Positions 9,996 through 20,783 of a stretch of 64,000 nucleotides of DNA are shown piece after piece; the first letter of the stretch is position 1, and each line of letters begins with the position of its first letter. The DNA is from an uncultured Methanolobus sp. (GTDB taxonomy: Archaea > Halobacteriota > Methanosarcinia > Methanosarcinales > Methanosarcinaceae). Location of the stretch: NCBI GenBank assembly GCA_963675495.1, contig OY776215.1, positions 1,632,001 to 1,696,000 of the forward strand. The letters are read 5' to 3'. The notes below the pieces were generated by a model. That model searched no databases. It was not told the DNA's origin and saw only the letters and a list, made by a program, of their open reading frames with translations. Position numbers and translations under genes: made by a program.

Positions 9996-10475
9996 ATGCA
10001 AGAGATGAAAATCACCCACCGCGATACAAACCTGCTAAGAAAGATAATGCCATTTATATGTCTGACCATACCCTGGGAAATCTATTTTTACTCAACCGGG
10101 TGGGGAATTAAGTTCTCAGTATTTTACGCAAACTTTGACATTACATATGGAACACTTTTTGTTAGCATTTTCAAGCAGATGACATTGCTTTCTTATGGAG
10201 GATTCCTGCCGTCGATAAGAAGCCTGGCATGGATTGCAGGAGCAATTCTCTGTTTATTGCTGGCGGTCTACGAACTTTTGAAGGAAGAAATGAAAAAAGA
10301 TTATGGAACCAGAACAACGGGTATTGCCCTCATTTCCTGTGGAATACTCACATTTGTCAGTTCTGTTGCAATATGGAATTCGGATTTCAAAACCTTGCCT
10401 GTGGCCCCTTTATTTTTTATAGCATTCGGATACCTGTTGATTCAGGCAGATAAAAGAGAAGAAAATACGGCATAA
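9996..10475 (+). CDS. Hypothetical membrane protein (about 4 TM)
   Basis: Several hydrophobic segments; start uncertain (ATG at 9990, 9996 or 10005). Confidence 0.7.
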   Translation: MQEMKITHRDTNLLRKIMPFICLTIPWEIYFYSTGWGIKFSVFYANFDITYGTLFVSIFKQMTLLSYGGFLPSIRSLAWIAGAILCLLLAVYELLKEEMKKDYGTRTTGIALISCGILTFVSSVAIWNSDFKTLPVAPLFFIAFGYLLIQADKREENTA

Positions 10476-10486
10476 ACCCATAAAGC

Positions 10487-10517
10487 AGTATTCATAAATG
10501 AATACTATACTTTTTTT
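10487..10517 (+). terminator. Hairpin plus oligo-T terminator
   Basis: AGTATTCAT-AA-ATGAATACT followed by T7. Confidence 0.6.
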
Positions 10518-10833
10518 GAATTACCATGCAGCTCTACATTTGCAAAAGAGGAAATGTATGAAGACATGCTATGTATTGCAACTGGTTTCCATTTGAGCTA
10601 AATACATGTTTTGTACCATATATAATTCAAGAATATAATTACTACTGGATGTATAATAGTAGTAGACAAAAATTATATATGGATAAATAATGATACGTAG
10701 ACATAATTATAGAAGTCAGCAGAATCTCTAGCTCAAAATGCTGAAAATTAGATTGAAGGATACAGGCAAAAGAAAATCCTTTTTTGAACTAAGTGCCTGA
10801 TTAGTTATATCTGTAGCATAATAGTAGTTCATT

Positions 10834-10849
10834 AGTATAACGTTATACT
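10834..10849. promoter_or_regulatory. Perfect 16-bp palindrome upstream of the UbiA gene
   Basis: AGTATAACGTTATACT is its own reverse complement. Confidence 0.5.
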
Positions 10850-10872
10850 TAAAAAATAATATCAGATAGCCA

Positions 10873-11814
10873 GTGACTTTTAATGGTATGAGTTCGAATT
10901 GCACCATTAACTATCCAGGTCATTCAACAAAGAAACACGAATATAAGTACAGTGAACTCGGTAGCAGTCTGGCACCAACGATCAATCTCTTAAAAAGTTC
11001 GGTACTGGTTTCTTTTTCCGGAGCCCTCAGAATACACATAGCATTTCTTCTTATGCATATTAGCTCGGTTTTTTACAACTGTCTTGCAGGTGGACTTATC
11101 ATTTATGCAGTCTACACCCTTGACCGAGCAATGGATGTAGAAGAAGATGCGGCCAATAGGCCTGAATTAAAAGGAGCGTCAAAGAAAACGGCCCTGATAG
11201 TTTCACTCATCTGTTTTTTAATAGGAGCTGCCATACTCAGCGCAAATGGATTGATCCTGATAGCTTTTCTTCCACTGGTAACCGGTTACCTCTATACCAA
11301 GGGCATTAAGATAGGAAAGTTCAATCTAAGACTCAAAGGTGGAATGGGGATGAAAAATCTTGTAGTGGGAATCACATGGGGAGCATTTATCGCAGGAATT
11401 GCAGGTATCTATGCTGCCAGCATCGTTGCACCACTAATAGTCTTCCTGTACTTTGGCATGAAACTGTTCATAAATTCTACAATATATGATTTTAAAGACG
11501 TAAAAGGAGATACACTAGCAGGAATAAAGACATTACCTGTAGTACTCGGAAAACAAAGAGCAAAGATACTTTTGTTCACTCTGCATTTGTTGGCTCACTC
11601 AATGCTGTTGATGTTTATAATAACAGAAATGATTGCTTTTGAACCAATAATACTGGGCTACAGCTTCATCATCGGATTATTATATATCAAAAACTTCGCA
11701 GAACAGGTCGAAGTAGAGACGAAAGAAAGGCTGACAAAGAGGCTATTCATGATAGACGGAGAATCGACCTCAATTGTCGGATTGAGAACCATTGTAAATG
11801 GTCTCATTGCCTGA
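10873..11814 (+). CDS. UbiA-family prenyltransferase
   Basis: YTLDRAMDVEEDAANRP and YDFKDVKGDTLAGIKTLPV Asp-rich motifs; multiple TM segments; start GTG 10873 or ATG 10888. Confidence 0.88.
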   Translation: MTFNGMSSNCTINYPGHSTKKHEYKYSELGSSLAPTINLLKSSVLVSFSGALRIHIAFLLMHISSVFYNCLAGGLIIYAVYTLDRAMDVEEDAANRPELKGASKKTALIVSLICFLIGAAILSANGLILIAFLPLVTGYLYTKGIKIGKFNLRLKGGMGMKNLVVGITWGAFIAGIAGIYAASIVAPLIVFLYFGMKLFINSTIYDFKDVKGDTLAGIKTLPVVLGKQRAKILLFTLHLLAHSMLLMFIITEMIAFEPIILGYSFIIGLLYIKNFAEQVEVETKERLTKRLFMIDGESTSIVGLRTIVNGLIA

Positions 11815-11820
11815 TCCATA

Positions 11821-12606
11821 TCAAATAGAAGTGATCTGACGAGACATTCCTTTGTAATGATCGAAAAGGTCACTTCCCCATTTAAGAGATGATTGATCAT
11901 AGCCAACCAGGTCATCCCGGGGATCGTATGTGTCAGGATTAAAGAAAAGGGACATTGAAAAGAAAACATCTGTAACTACAAACGCTACTTTGACATCAGC
12001 AACAACAAATAACTCCGTTTGAGAAGCATTCAAATAGTACTCAAGTTTCTCGCGATGTTCATCCCGAACCTTAGAAAACACCTTTTCAGTTAATATCAGA
12101 GATGTAGGCACATCCCTTTGAGCCATCCCCACTACAAAATCAGGGTATGTTGGAATGAATATGGATGATACACCTTTGAGGAAAGATGACTTTGAAATGT
12201 TTTCAGTGAAAGTCTTATGAGATTCATAGATATTCTCAATACTATCCGAGACCAGTTCACTGTTCTTCAGTTCCATGAGATTGTCGATCATGTTTTGTGG
12301 AATATCCCCAAGATAATGTTCTTTCCAAAATGATTCATTCTTTTCTATTGTCTCAATTATTTCCAGAAATGGCCTGAAGTGCTTGACCATAGCTAGGCCT
12401 ATAGGAGTGATATGATAGTGTTTATCAACTTTCTCTATTAGATTGTATTTCACCATTTCTTTAATCCGAGGAGATATTTCGGGAGAAGTTACATTGAAAT
12501 ATTCCCTTATATCGGATAGCGTGCAAGGCTTTCCCTCAAGTAAGAACAAAATGTCTTTCCTCTTTTCTGAAAAGGTCAGTATACTTAGAAGCCCCTTTGA
12601 TTTCAC
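11821..12606 (-). CDS. ArsR-like wHTH regulator with DUF1724-type C-terminal domain (Msr-like family)
   Basis: SEKRKDILFLL, FWKEHYLGDIP and WGSDLFDHY, typical of Methanosarcinales regulators; GTG start after AGGTGG. Confidence 0.82.
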   Translation of the reverse strand: MKSKGLLSILTFSEKRKDILFLLEGKPCTLSDIREYFNVTSPEISPRIKEMVKYNLIEKVDKHYHITPIGLAMVKHFRPFLEIIETIEKNESFWKEHYLGDIPQNMIDNLMELKNSELVSDSIENIYESHKTFTENISKSSFLKGVSSIFIPTYPDFVVGMAQRDVPTSLILTEKVFSKVRDEHREKLEYYLNASQTELFVVADVKVAFVVTDVFFSMSLFFNPDTYDPRDDLVGYDQSSLKWGSDLFDHYKGMSRQITSI

Positions 12607-12819
12607 AATTACCACCTAAACTACCCATGAATTATGAACTTAATCAGACCATAGAGTAGAACCAATTTAATAATATAAAAATCACTTAATGGGTAATAAG
12701 TGTTTTCTAATCAGCAACGGACGATGAAAAATAATCTATCATACCTGTTAAATTTCAAAGACAGTCAACTAAACTTCACTTGATTTGTTTAGTCTGAGCA
12801 AAATAAAAAAGAAAGCACT

Positions 12820-14436
12820 TCAATGCAAGAAGTGCCTCATTCCGGTGAATACCATAGATACAGCCAATCTGTTAGCTGTTTCAATGACTTCCTTGTCCCT
12901 TATAGAACCACCCGGAGATAGAATATACTTAATTCCATGTTCAGCTGAATGTACTACACTGTCATCGAATGGGAAAAAAGCATCCGATGCCATAGCACAT
13001 TTCGAAAAAACATCATTGCAGTATTCATCAAAAGAAACATCAGACATCTCCCGATCATATATGACCTGAAGGTTCTCACGGGCTTTTGTCACAGCAAGTT
13101 TTCTAATGGAATCAACCCTGTTCGGCTGCCCTGCACCCATTGAAAGCATCATGTAGCAACCGTCCTGATATTCATATCCAAGAGTTACTGCATTTGATTT
13201 TACACACTTGCATGCATGCATTGAAAATTCAGAAACCGCCCTCATATCCTCAGGATATTCAATATCTGTCACACATTCCCATTTATCATAGATACCTATA
13301 TTTCGGGACTGTTTCAGTATACCACCGTTAACATACTTGTAGGTGTCATCCATACTGAAAGGTTCATTGAACTCAGGAAGCTCAAGGATACGAAGGTTAG
13401 CACTCTTATTCTTCAGATATTCGAGGGCATCATGTTCAAAACCGGGAGCAAGAATGATCTCAACAAATTTCCCGTTCAAAAATTCTGCTGACTGTAGATC
13501 AAAGACAGTGTCAGTACAGATAATACTTCCATAAGCAGATATAGGATCACCATCCCATGCTGCCTGAAGTGCCTGTAATAATGTATTGCCGGTGGCAAGT
13601 CCACAGGGGTTGTTGTGTTTTACAATTGTCACGACAGGTTTGGAAGAAGATATCTCTTTGACTGTCTGGAGGGCATTATCAGCATCTATGTAGTTGTTAT
13701 AGGACAACTCTTTACCATGAAGCTGTTTTGCATTTGCAAGGGATGGGCCCTTGATGCCAGCCTCTTTATAGAATTTAGCTTCCTGATGCCAGTTCTCACC
13801 ATATCTGAGCGTGACACCATCAGTAAAGTTCAGGCGCAGTACATCCTGACCAAGCAACTCCTTGCTAAGGTAAGTGTCAATTGTTGCATCATAATCTGCC
13901 GTATGCCTGAAAGCCTTCACAGCAAGAAGTTCTCTGTTTTGTTGAGAAATAACACCAGCAGAACGAATCTCCTTTAGTATATGACCATAATCCAACGGAT
14001 CGCATACGACACTCACTGAACGATAGTTCTTGGCGGCCGAACGAAGCATGGCTGGCCCGCCAATATCAATATTTTCAATAGCTTCTTCAAGCAATACGCC
14101 TTCTTTCGAAACCGTGACCTCAAAAGGATAAAGGTTGACCACTACAAGGTCTATCATTTCTACATCTGTTTTTTGGGCCTCTCCCATATGATCATGATCA
14201 TCCCTTATACAAAGGATGCCGCCATGAATCTTAGGATGAAGAGTCTTTACTCTGCCGCCCATCATTTCGGGAAAACCTGTTACATCCGATACATCCGTGA
14301 CCTTAATATCTGCTTCACGAAGCATGCGGGCGGTTCCTCCGGTAGAAATAATCTGTATATCCAGTTTTTCGAGTCCACGAGCAAAATCTACAATTCCGGT
14401 TTTATCAGAAACGCTGAGCAGTGCTCTCTTTACCAA
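12820..14436 (-). CDS. purH: Bifunctional AICAR formyltransferase/IMP cyclohydrolase
   Basis: RALLSVSDKTG, GRVKTLHP, IDIGGP, KHNNPCG, SDAFFPF and RHFLH motifs; TTG start at 14436 after GGTGA. Confidence 0.95.
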   Translation of the reverse strand: MVKRALLSVSDKTGIVDFARGLEKLDIQIISTGGTARMLREADIKVTDVSDVTGFPEMMGGRVKTLHPKIHGGILCIRDDHDHMGEAQKTDVEMIDLVVVNLYPFEVTVSKEGVLLEEAIENIDIGGPAMLRSAAKNYRSVSVVCDPLDYGHILKEIRSAGVISQQNRELLAVKAFRHTADYDATIDTYLSKELLGQDVLRLNFTDGVTLRYGENWHQEAKFYKEAGIKGPSLANAKQLHGKELSYNNYIDADNALQTVKEISSSKPVVTIVKHNNPCGLATGNTLLQALQAAWDGDPISAYGSIICTDTVFDLQSAEFLNGKFVEIILAPGFEHDALEYLKNKSANLRILELPEFNEPFSMDDTYKYVNGGILKQSRNIGIYDKWECVTDIEYPEDMRAVSEFSMHACKCVKSNAVTLGYEYQDGCYMMLSMGAGQPNRVDSIRKLAVTKARENLQVIYDREMSDVSFDEYCNDVFSKCAMASDAFFPFDDSVVHSAEHGIKYILSPGGSIRDKEVIETANRLAVSMVFTGMRHFLH

Positions 14437-14488
14437 AAAATCACCGTATGCAATTGGGGAATCTACACTATAAGGCTTCTGGTCAGTA

Positions 14489-16393
14489 TCAGGAATTGAA
14501 TTTGACAACGGGGCAGACGTCGATGCATTTTCCACAATGTACACATCCTTCATTAATAATAGCAAGTCCTTTCTTCATTTTAATGGATCTGTGACTGCAA
14601 TTACCCACGCAGACACCACAACCACTGCAAAGCAGGGCTCTTCTTACAGAGAGTTCCACTTTTTTCATCAGTTTCCTTGCATCTTTGTCAGAATCACTTC
14701 TCGCAGTAACACTACCTGAGGCAAATATCTGTGCACGGTCCTCTTCGAGAGTTACCATAGCCACTCCTTCCATGTAAGAAGCCTTTCCTACTGCCGCCAG
14801 CATTCCTGTGTGCTCAAGTCGTCCCAGGTCAACAGGACCGTCAAAACCACCCTCTGCAGATATTCCTCCCTGTTTACATGGACGATAACCGGAAGTTACG
14901 ACAAAGTTCAGGCTATTTTCGTTACTGACTTTTGGAATGACATCTATTCCTTTTTTCTTTGCAATTTCCTTTAACTGAGGAGGAAGTTCTTTCCATCTCC
15001 AGAAACCATGTTTGACCCAGTCCTCTGACAGCCCCATGCGCTGGGCATAAGAGAGCAGGTAATCGTTCAGTCTCTTTTCCATATCAGGATGTGTTTCCTT
15101 AAGTCTCACAAGGTCAGCCAGTGAGCAGGAAGGACACAACCAGCACCCGATCCTATCAAAGCCATTCTCATACATTGGATTGTACAGAAGATCGTTCTTG
15201 AAGATATAAAGCCAGACATGCATTGCGGTCCAGCTCTGAATAGGAGCTGCAGCCACTTGATTTCCAACCCATGGGTTCTTCCAGACACGTTCACTTTTGG
15301 CTCTTGCACTGGATTCATATTTCCTCTGCCCTATGAAAGTGAGGCAACCATCATCATAATTTTCATTTATTATCTGGGTAATGGGTCCGAGTTTACATAC
15401 CTTGCAGCACCAGCGAACCTCCACACTGGGAGGACCGAAACTGTCAACCGAATCCCAAAAAGCGTCGCCTGAGCTAATAATATTCAGAGTTTTTCCATAA
15501 TGTTGCGTAACATCGTGGACATTTTTCACGGTTTCAGGGAACTCGATGCCGGTATCAGCAAAAAGAAGATCATAATCATCAAGACATTCACTAACAAGGT
15601 GAAGTACCGCAAGACTGTCCTTACCACCTGAATAGGATACAGTTGCCGGACGGTCCACAGAAGAAGCAACATTTTTGATGAATTTGTGGGACCGCTCGAC
15701 AAAGTCATTCATGTAATTCTCATTTGCCCTTACAACGTCATCCCAGGCCTGTCCGCCAGGGGGAATAGGAATAGCTTTGGGCTCTTCCTTAGAGCGCACT
15801 TTAACGGCAACACCTTTGCCCCTTTCACGCATTTTTTCCCCGGTCATACGGGAACGTCCTGTACCAAGAACTTTTCCATCATGGGTCAGGACCACTACCT
15901 CACTCAATTCCTTGATAGATGGGTCTGCATCTTTAACTCCAGGGGCAAGTAAACTTGCACCGCCGAGGATAAATTTTTCAGCACCTTCATCGACAGACAC
16001 CCAGCTTTTAAGGGTATTGTGATCAGTATTATCGAATATGCGACGCGCACCATTTAACCTCAGGAGCAGAACCCACTTCAAATGCTCGAGTTCAAAACGG
16101 ATAGTTCCTATGACCTCACCGTCAACAATTACCTCATCCATACGGTCATCATATGGAGATTTATTCATGACCACTACTCGCTCATCAGCTATCAGTGGTG
16201 CATTGAACTGTTCAATTGAGAGTTTATTGATAAGGTCTATATCATACTGAAAAGCAGGCCGAATATCACCAGGAGGAGTTATTGTCACCTGCCCCGTAGC
16301 AGTACCACAGGAACATTTTTTCCCAAGAACAGGAACATTGCATGAAGGACACCAGTAAAGGAGCAATTCACCGAGATAAAGAGCTTTTGACAT
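14489..16393 (-). CDS. PUA + PAPS-reductase-domain protein with C-terminal 2x[4Fe-4S] ferredoxin
   Basis: N-terminal Zn ribbon, PUA (GASLLAPGV), SYSGGKDS, RWCCKVCK, RIGCWLCP and two CxxCxxCxxxC motifs. Confidence 0.88.
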   Translation of the reverse strand: MSKALYLGELLLYWCPSCNVPVLGKKCSCGTATGQVTITPPGDIRPAFQYDIDLINKLSIEQFNAPLIADERVVVMNKSPYDDRMDEVIVDGEVIGTIRFELEHLKWVLLLRLNGARRIFDNTDHNTLKSWVSVDEGAEKFILGGASLLAPGVKDADPSIKELSEVVVLTHDGKVLGTGRSRMTGEKMRERGKGVAVKVRSKEEPKAIPIPPGGQAWDDVVRANENYMNDFVERSHKFIKNVASSVDRPATVSYSGGKDSLAVLHLVSECLDDYDLLFADTGIEFPETVKNVHDVTQHYGKTLNIISSGDAFWDSVDSFGPPSVEVRWCCKVCKLGPITQIINENYDDGCLTFIGQRKYESSARAKSERVWKNPWVGNQVAAAPIQSWTAMHVWLYIFKNDLLYNPMYENGFDRIGCWLCPSCSLADLVRLKETHPDMEKRLNDYLLSYAQRMGLSEDWVKHGFWRWKELPPQLKEIAKKKGIDVIPKVSNENSLNFVVTSGYRPCKQGGISAEGGFDGPVDLGRLEHTGMLAAVGKASYMEGVAMVTLEEDRAQIFASGSVTARSDSDKDARKLMKKVELSVRRALLCSGCGVCVGNCSHRSIKMKKGLAIINEGCVHCGKCIDVCPVVKFNS

Positions 16394-16442
16394 TGTGCAA
16401 CCTCGAGATTGAAGTATTAAATACTTTTTGGCAATCAAATAC

Positions 16443-17261
16443 TTAAAAGAATTTTGAAGCAAGAGATGATTTCACGTTACACATTTCAGAATAACTGCAA
16501 TCATCACAAAGAGAGCTTTCTTTTTTATCAGGCATACTGCCCTCTTTTATCTTCCTTACACGTCCGATTGCCTTTAGAACCTGTCTGCGATCATTTGCAT
16601 GGATGTTGACATTCCTGTAAAGACCTGACCTTGCATACAGAACAAAACCGGACTTGATAGTACCATCATGCATATCCTCAGCAAGCATTGCAAAAGATGT
16701 AAGGTGTAACCTGTCATTCGTCCACACACCATTTTCGGGGGCTTTACCTGTTTTAATGATCACCGGAACAAACGAACCCTCTATTTCTATCAATCTGTAC
16801 GGAATACCGGTTACATTGAGCTTTTCAGAATGAAGGAACGGCTCTTCATCTGAATCTGAAAGATTCTCAGCCAGAGCTGATAATTCAGGATCTTTTGCCT
16901 GTGCAGATAAGTTTTGTTGTATCTCGCTAAAGTGTGTCCTTATGGTCTGCGATGCTCCATCGACAATTTCTGCTGTAACTTTCCCCATTTCATCCGGATA
17001 GATCAGGTTTATGTTGTCAATTACCTGCGTAAGCAAACTTTCGAGGTCTACAAATGATACATCGTCTTTTGACGAAGAACACTTCAGGATGGAAGGATAT
17101 GACATGGCCATTTCCTTTAATATAAGGTGCTTCATATAGGATATCGTGGAAGGATATACCGGATTGTGGCCGCGGCATGAATAATATAATTTCCTTGCAC
17201 AGGAAAAATAAACGGATAATTCAGAAATCGTTATTTTTGTTTTTGCACTTTTGAGAAACAT
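16443..17261 (-). CDS. Solo Cas4/Dna2-like Fe-S protein with degenerate nuclease motifs
   Basis: ISELSVYFSCARKLYY, IIKTG and C-terminal CDDCSYSEMC; no CRISPR array nearby. Confidence 0.8.
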   Translation of the reverse strand: MFLKSAKTKITISELSVYFSCARKLYYSCRGHNPVYPSTISYMKHLILKEMAMSYPSILKCSSSKDDVSFVDLESLLTQVIDNINLIYPDEMGKVTAEIVDGASQTIRTHFSEIQQNLSAQAKDPELSALAENLSDSDEEPFLHSEKLNVTGIPYRLIEIEGSFVPVIIKTGKAPENGVWTNDRLHLTSFAMLAEDMHDGTIKSGFVLYARSGLYRNVNIHANDRRQVLKAIGRVRKIKEGSMPDKKESSLCDDCSYSEMCNVKSSLASKFF

Positions 17262-17329
17262 ATTTTTATATTATATATATAACATACTATAAATAAATAA
17301 ATGTTTTCAGACAAAATGAATCGACAATA

Positions 17330-17347
17330 AACGAACTTGTATTCGTT
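17330..17347. promoter_or_regulatory. Inverted repeat AACGAA-N6-TTCGTT abutting a TATA box
   Basis: Lies directly upstream of AAATATATA, ahead of the HTH/mevalonate operon. Confidence 0.45.
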
Positions 17348-17384
17348 AAATATATATGTTAATCTACCCTTAGGAATGTAAAGC

Positions 17385-18107
17385 ATGAATGAAGACGAAT
17401 CACATGGAATGGTTCGCCAGCGTCTTGCAGAAAAGATGGCAGGCGAGATAACATTATCTGAGAAACCTGGCGAGGCCTTGAAAAAATGGCGATTGAACTT
17501 TGAAATCGCACAGACCGACCTATCCGGTTATCTCAGTGTTTCACCTTCCGTCATTAGCGACTATGAAAGTGGCAGGAGGAAATCTCCAGGCACACTTATT
17601 GTGAGTAGAATAGTCGGAGCCCTTCTCGAAATAGATTCACAGAGAGGAGGACAGAAAATTCATGCTTACGAGGGGATACTTTTCGCAGATAAAACGTCAA
17701 AAGCCATTTACGCCACCTATGAATACACATTTCCCATGCAGGTTGCAAAACTTGCCAATATCATTCAGGCAGATATCGTTAACAAAGGAATCGAGAAACC
17801 ATTGTATGGTTTTACCGTGGTTGACAGTAAAAAAGCTATTCTTGAACTTTCATCCCATGAGTTTCAGAAGCTCTATGGTTGGAGTACAGAGCGTGCAATG
17901 ATATTCACCAAGGTCACAACCGGCAAGTCACCAATGGTAGCCATAAGGGTCACGAACCTGAAACCCGGTGCTGTTGTCATACATGGACTGCGTGGAAGTG
18001 AGGTTCATTTAATAGCGAAGAAAATGGCCGAAATTGACAGGATTCCCCTCCTTGCAACAACAATGGACATTGATGAGATGGTAGAAGCCCTGAAAAAGTA
18101 TAGCTGA
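17385..18107 (+). CDS. XRE-type HTH transcriptional regulator (COG1709-like)
   Basis: LKKWRLNFEIAQTDL, SVISDYESGRRKSPG and STERAMIFTKVTTGKSPMVAIRV motifs. Confidence 0.88.
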   Translation: MNEDESHGMVRQRLAEKMAGEITLSEKPGEALKKWRLNFEIAQTDLSGYLSVSPSVISDYESGRRKSPGTLIVSRIVGALLEIDSQRGGQKIHAYEGILFADKTSKAIYATYEYTFPMQVAKLANIIQADIVNKGIEKPLYGFTVVDSKKAILELSSHEFQKLYGWSTERAMIFTKVTTGKSPMVAIRVTNLKPGAVVIHGLRGSEVHLIAKKMAEIDRIPLLATTMDIDEMVEALKKYS

Positions 18108-18149
18108 TACCACAATGTCGAGTAAATATCATATTTGAACGGTGTTAAG

Positions 18150-19199
18150 ATGAGTGTAGGGATAGTCTCATATGGTGCCTATGTACCAAAATATAGAATT
18201 AAGATCGAAGAAATCGCCCGTGTATGGGGAGACGATGCAGAAATACTCAGATCAGGACTGATGGTCAACGAAAAAGCCGTTCCTGATGTTGATGAGGATG
18301 CAGCTACAATTGCAGTGGAGGCTGCAAGAGCCGCAGTTTTAAGATCAGATATAGATGCGCAGAGAATAGGTGCAGTTTACACTGGTTCAGAAAGCCATCC
18401 TTATGCTGTCAAACCTACCAGTACTATAGTTGCAGAAGCAACCGGAGCAACACCAGTGCTTACTGCTGCTGATTTTGAATTTGCATGCAAGGCAGGGACC
18501 GCAGCAGTCCAGGCATGCATGGGACTTGTTTCCTCAGGGATGATAGACCTCGGGCTTGCCATTGGCACTGATGTTGCCCAGGGTGCCCCGGGAGATGCTC
18601 TTGAATATACTGCCGCAGCAGGTGGTGTTGCTTACGTTATCGGGAACAAGGAATCAGAGCTTGTGGCTGTTATCGAGGATACATATTCCTTTACAACTGA
18701 CACTCCTGATTTCTGGAGACGTGAAGGCATGCCTTATCCTGAGCATGGAGGCAGATTCACAGGAGAACCAGGTTATTTCAAGCATGTTACAAACGCTGCA
18801 AAAGGACTTATGGCAAAAATAGATACAAAACCTGCTGATTATGATTATGCAGTATTCCACCAGCCAAACGGAAAATTCCCGACACGTGCAGCTAAAATGC
18901 TTGGATTCAGTAAGGAACAGATAAATCCCGGGCTTGTAGTTCCAAGACTTGGAAACACATACTCAGGCTCATGCATGATGGGAATTGCAGCAACTATTGA
19001 CCAGGCTAAACCGGGAGACCGTATATTTGCAACCGCATTCGGATCAGGAGCTGGCGGAGATGCGTTCAGCATAACTGTAACTGACAGGATAGAAGAGATA
19101 CGTGACAATGCACCTAAAGTGGAAGAACTTCTTGCAGACCCGATCTATATAGACTACGCCAAGTATGCCAAACATAAAGGAAAGATAAAGGTAGCATGA
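18150..19199 (+). CDS. Hydroxymethylglutaryl-CoA synthase (archaeal)
   Basis: [27 protein letters not shown] and GNTYSG motifs. Confidence 0.95.
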   Translation: MSVGIVSYGAYVPKYRIKIEEIARVWGDDAEILRSGLMVNEKAVPDVDEDAATIAVEAARAAVLRSDIDAQRIGAVYTGSESHPYAVKPTSTIVAEATGATPVLTAADFEFACKAGTAAVQACMGLVSSGMIDLGLAIGTDVAQGAPGDALEYTAAAGGVAYVIGNKESELVAVIEDTYSFTTDTPDFWRREGMPYPEHGGRFTGEPGYFKHVTNAAKGLMAKIDTKPADYDYAVFHQPNGKFPTRAAKMLGFSKEQINPGLVVPRLGNTYSGSCMMGIAATIDQAKPGDRIFATAFGSGAGGDAFSITVTDRIEEIRDNAPKVEELLADPIYIDYAKYAKHKGKIKVA

Positions 19200-19209
19200 G
19201 GTGTGAAAA

Positions 19210-20382
19210 ATGAGAGATGTAGCAATCATAGGTGTTAAGAACACAAAATTTGGCGAGCAGTGGGACCGCTCCTTCAGGGACCTTGTTGTTGAAGCAGGAG
19301 TTGGCGCTGTTGAGGATGCTGGCGTTGTCGGTGGAAAAATAGACTCAATGTTCGTTGGGAACATGAGTGGCGGACAATTTGTCGAACAGGAACACATCGG
19401 AGCACTTATCGCTGATTATTCAGGTCTTGCAAAGGATATACACGTCCCTTCAACACGTGTTGAGGCAGCCTGCGCTTCAGGTGGGCTTGCACTGAGGCAG
19501 GGTATCTATGCTGTGGCTTCAGGAATGGATGATATTGTTATCGCCGCCGGAGCCGAGAAGATGACAGATGTGCCATCAGCAAAAGCATCATCAGCCCTGG
19601 CAGCAGCAGCTGACAGAGAATGGGAAGGCATCATGGGAGCAACTTTCCCAGGATTGTACGCAATGATAGCAAAGATGCACATGCACAAATATGGAACCAC
19701 AAGCGAACAATTAGCATCCGTGGCTGTGAAGAACCATCACAACGGACAGCACAACCCTATAGCTCAGTACAAGAGCCAGATCACTATTGAATCTGTCCTG
19801 AAATCCATAATGGTAGCAGATCCGCTTCATATATTCGATTGCTCACCTATTACCGATGGTGCATCTGCTGTGATACTTGCTCCAGCAGAGATAGCCCATG
19901 AGTTTACCGATACACCAATCTATGTGAAAGCGACCGCACAGGCATCTGATACCATTGCGCTGCATGACCGCAGGGACATAACAACTCTGGATGCGGCTGT
20001 AGCAGCCGGAAAAAGAGCATACCAGATGGCAAAGATGGAAGCAAAGGACATTGATCTTGCAGAGGTTCATGATTGTTTCACAATTGCGGAAATATGCGCT
20101 ATTGAAGACCTTGGTTTTGCAAAGAAAGGTGAGGGTGGAATAATGGCACAGAACGGAGAGACTGAAATTGGTGCAAAGATACCCATTAACACTTCAGGCG
20201 GACTCAAATCCTGTGGACATCCCGTAGGGGCAACCGGTGTTAAACAGGCTATTGAGATTGTTCAGCAGCTTCGCGGTGAAGCTGGAAAGCGTCAGGTTGA
20301 CGGAGCGGAGGTTGGAATGACCCACAATGTGGGAGGTTCCGGGGCAACTGCTGTTGTGCACATATTCTCGAGGGACAGGTGA
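19210..20382 (+). CDS. Acetoacetyl-CoA thiolase (archaeal)
   Basis: [21 protein letters not shown] and HNVGG motifs; follows HMG-CoA synthase. Confidence 0.93.
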   Translation: MRDVAIIGVKNTKFGEQWDRSFRDLVVEAGVGAVEDAGVVGGKIDSMFVGNMSGGQFVEQEHIGALIADYSGLAKDIHVPSTRVEAACASGGLALRQGIYAVASGMDDIVIAAGAEKMTDVPSAKASSALAAAADREWEGIMGATFPGLYAMIAKMHMHKYGTTSEQLASVAVKNHHNGQHNPIAQYKSQITIESVLKSIMVADPLHIFDCSPITDGASAVILAPAEIAHEFTDTPIYVKATAQASDTIALHDRRDITTLDAAVAAGKRAYQMAKMEAKDIDLAEVHDCFTIAEICAIEDLGFAKKGEGGIMAQNGETEIGAKIPINTSGGLKSCGHPVGATGVKQAIEIVQQLRGEAGKRQVDGAEVGMTHNVGGSGATAVVHIFSRDR

Positions 20383-20387
20383 TCATC

Positions 20388-20783
20388 ATGTCAGTACCAA
20401 GATTTTGGAGAAAACAGATAGCCAGGTACAATCTTGTAGGCACACACTGTCATAAATGTGATGAATATTTCTATCCACCACGCAACATGTGTCCTGCATG
20501 CAGACGTGAAGGTGAGATAGAAGACTTCAAATTCACAGGGAAAGGTGAGGTGGTAACATTTACTGTTATCCATACTGCTGCTGAAGGTTTTGAGAACCAG
20601 ACACCTTATGTTCTGGGAATTATCAAACTGGAAGAAGGACCAAGCCTTACAAGCCAGATAATATGTGATCCTAAAGACGTGTCTATCGGCATGAAAGTAA
20701 GTCCAGTATTCAGGAAGCTGGGACAGGACGGCGAACAAGGTATGATATACTATGGTACCAAATTCGTTCCAGAACAATGTTAG
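20388..20783 (+). CDS. DUF35 Zn-ribbon/OB-fold scaffold protein
   Basis: CHKC..YPPRNMCPAC and YGTKF motifs; third gene of the HMGCS-thiolase-DUF35 cluster. Confidence 0.92.
   Translation: MSVPRFWRKQIARYNLVGTHCHKCDEYFYPPRNMCPACRREGEIEDFKFTGKGEVVTFTVIHTAAEGFENQTPYVLGIIKLEEGPSLTSQIICDPKDVSIGMKVSPVFRKLGQDGEQGMIYYGTKFVPEQC

Noticed and set aside
14437-14565. Apparent overlap of purH with the PAPS-reductase gene
   Set aside because: Artefact of longest-ORF calling; purH most likely starts at TTG 14436 after a GGTGA SD
16443-17261. Possible CRISPR-Cas locus
   Set aside because: Only a solo Cas4-like gene; no repeat-spacer array or other cas genes in the window
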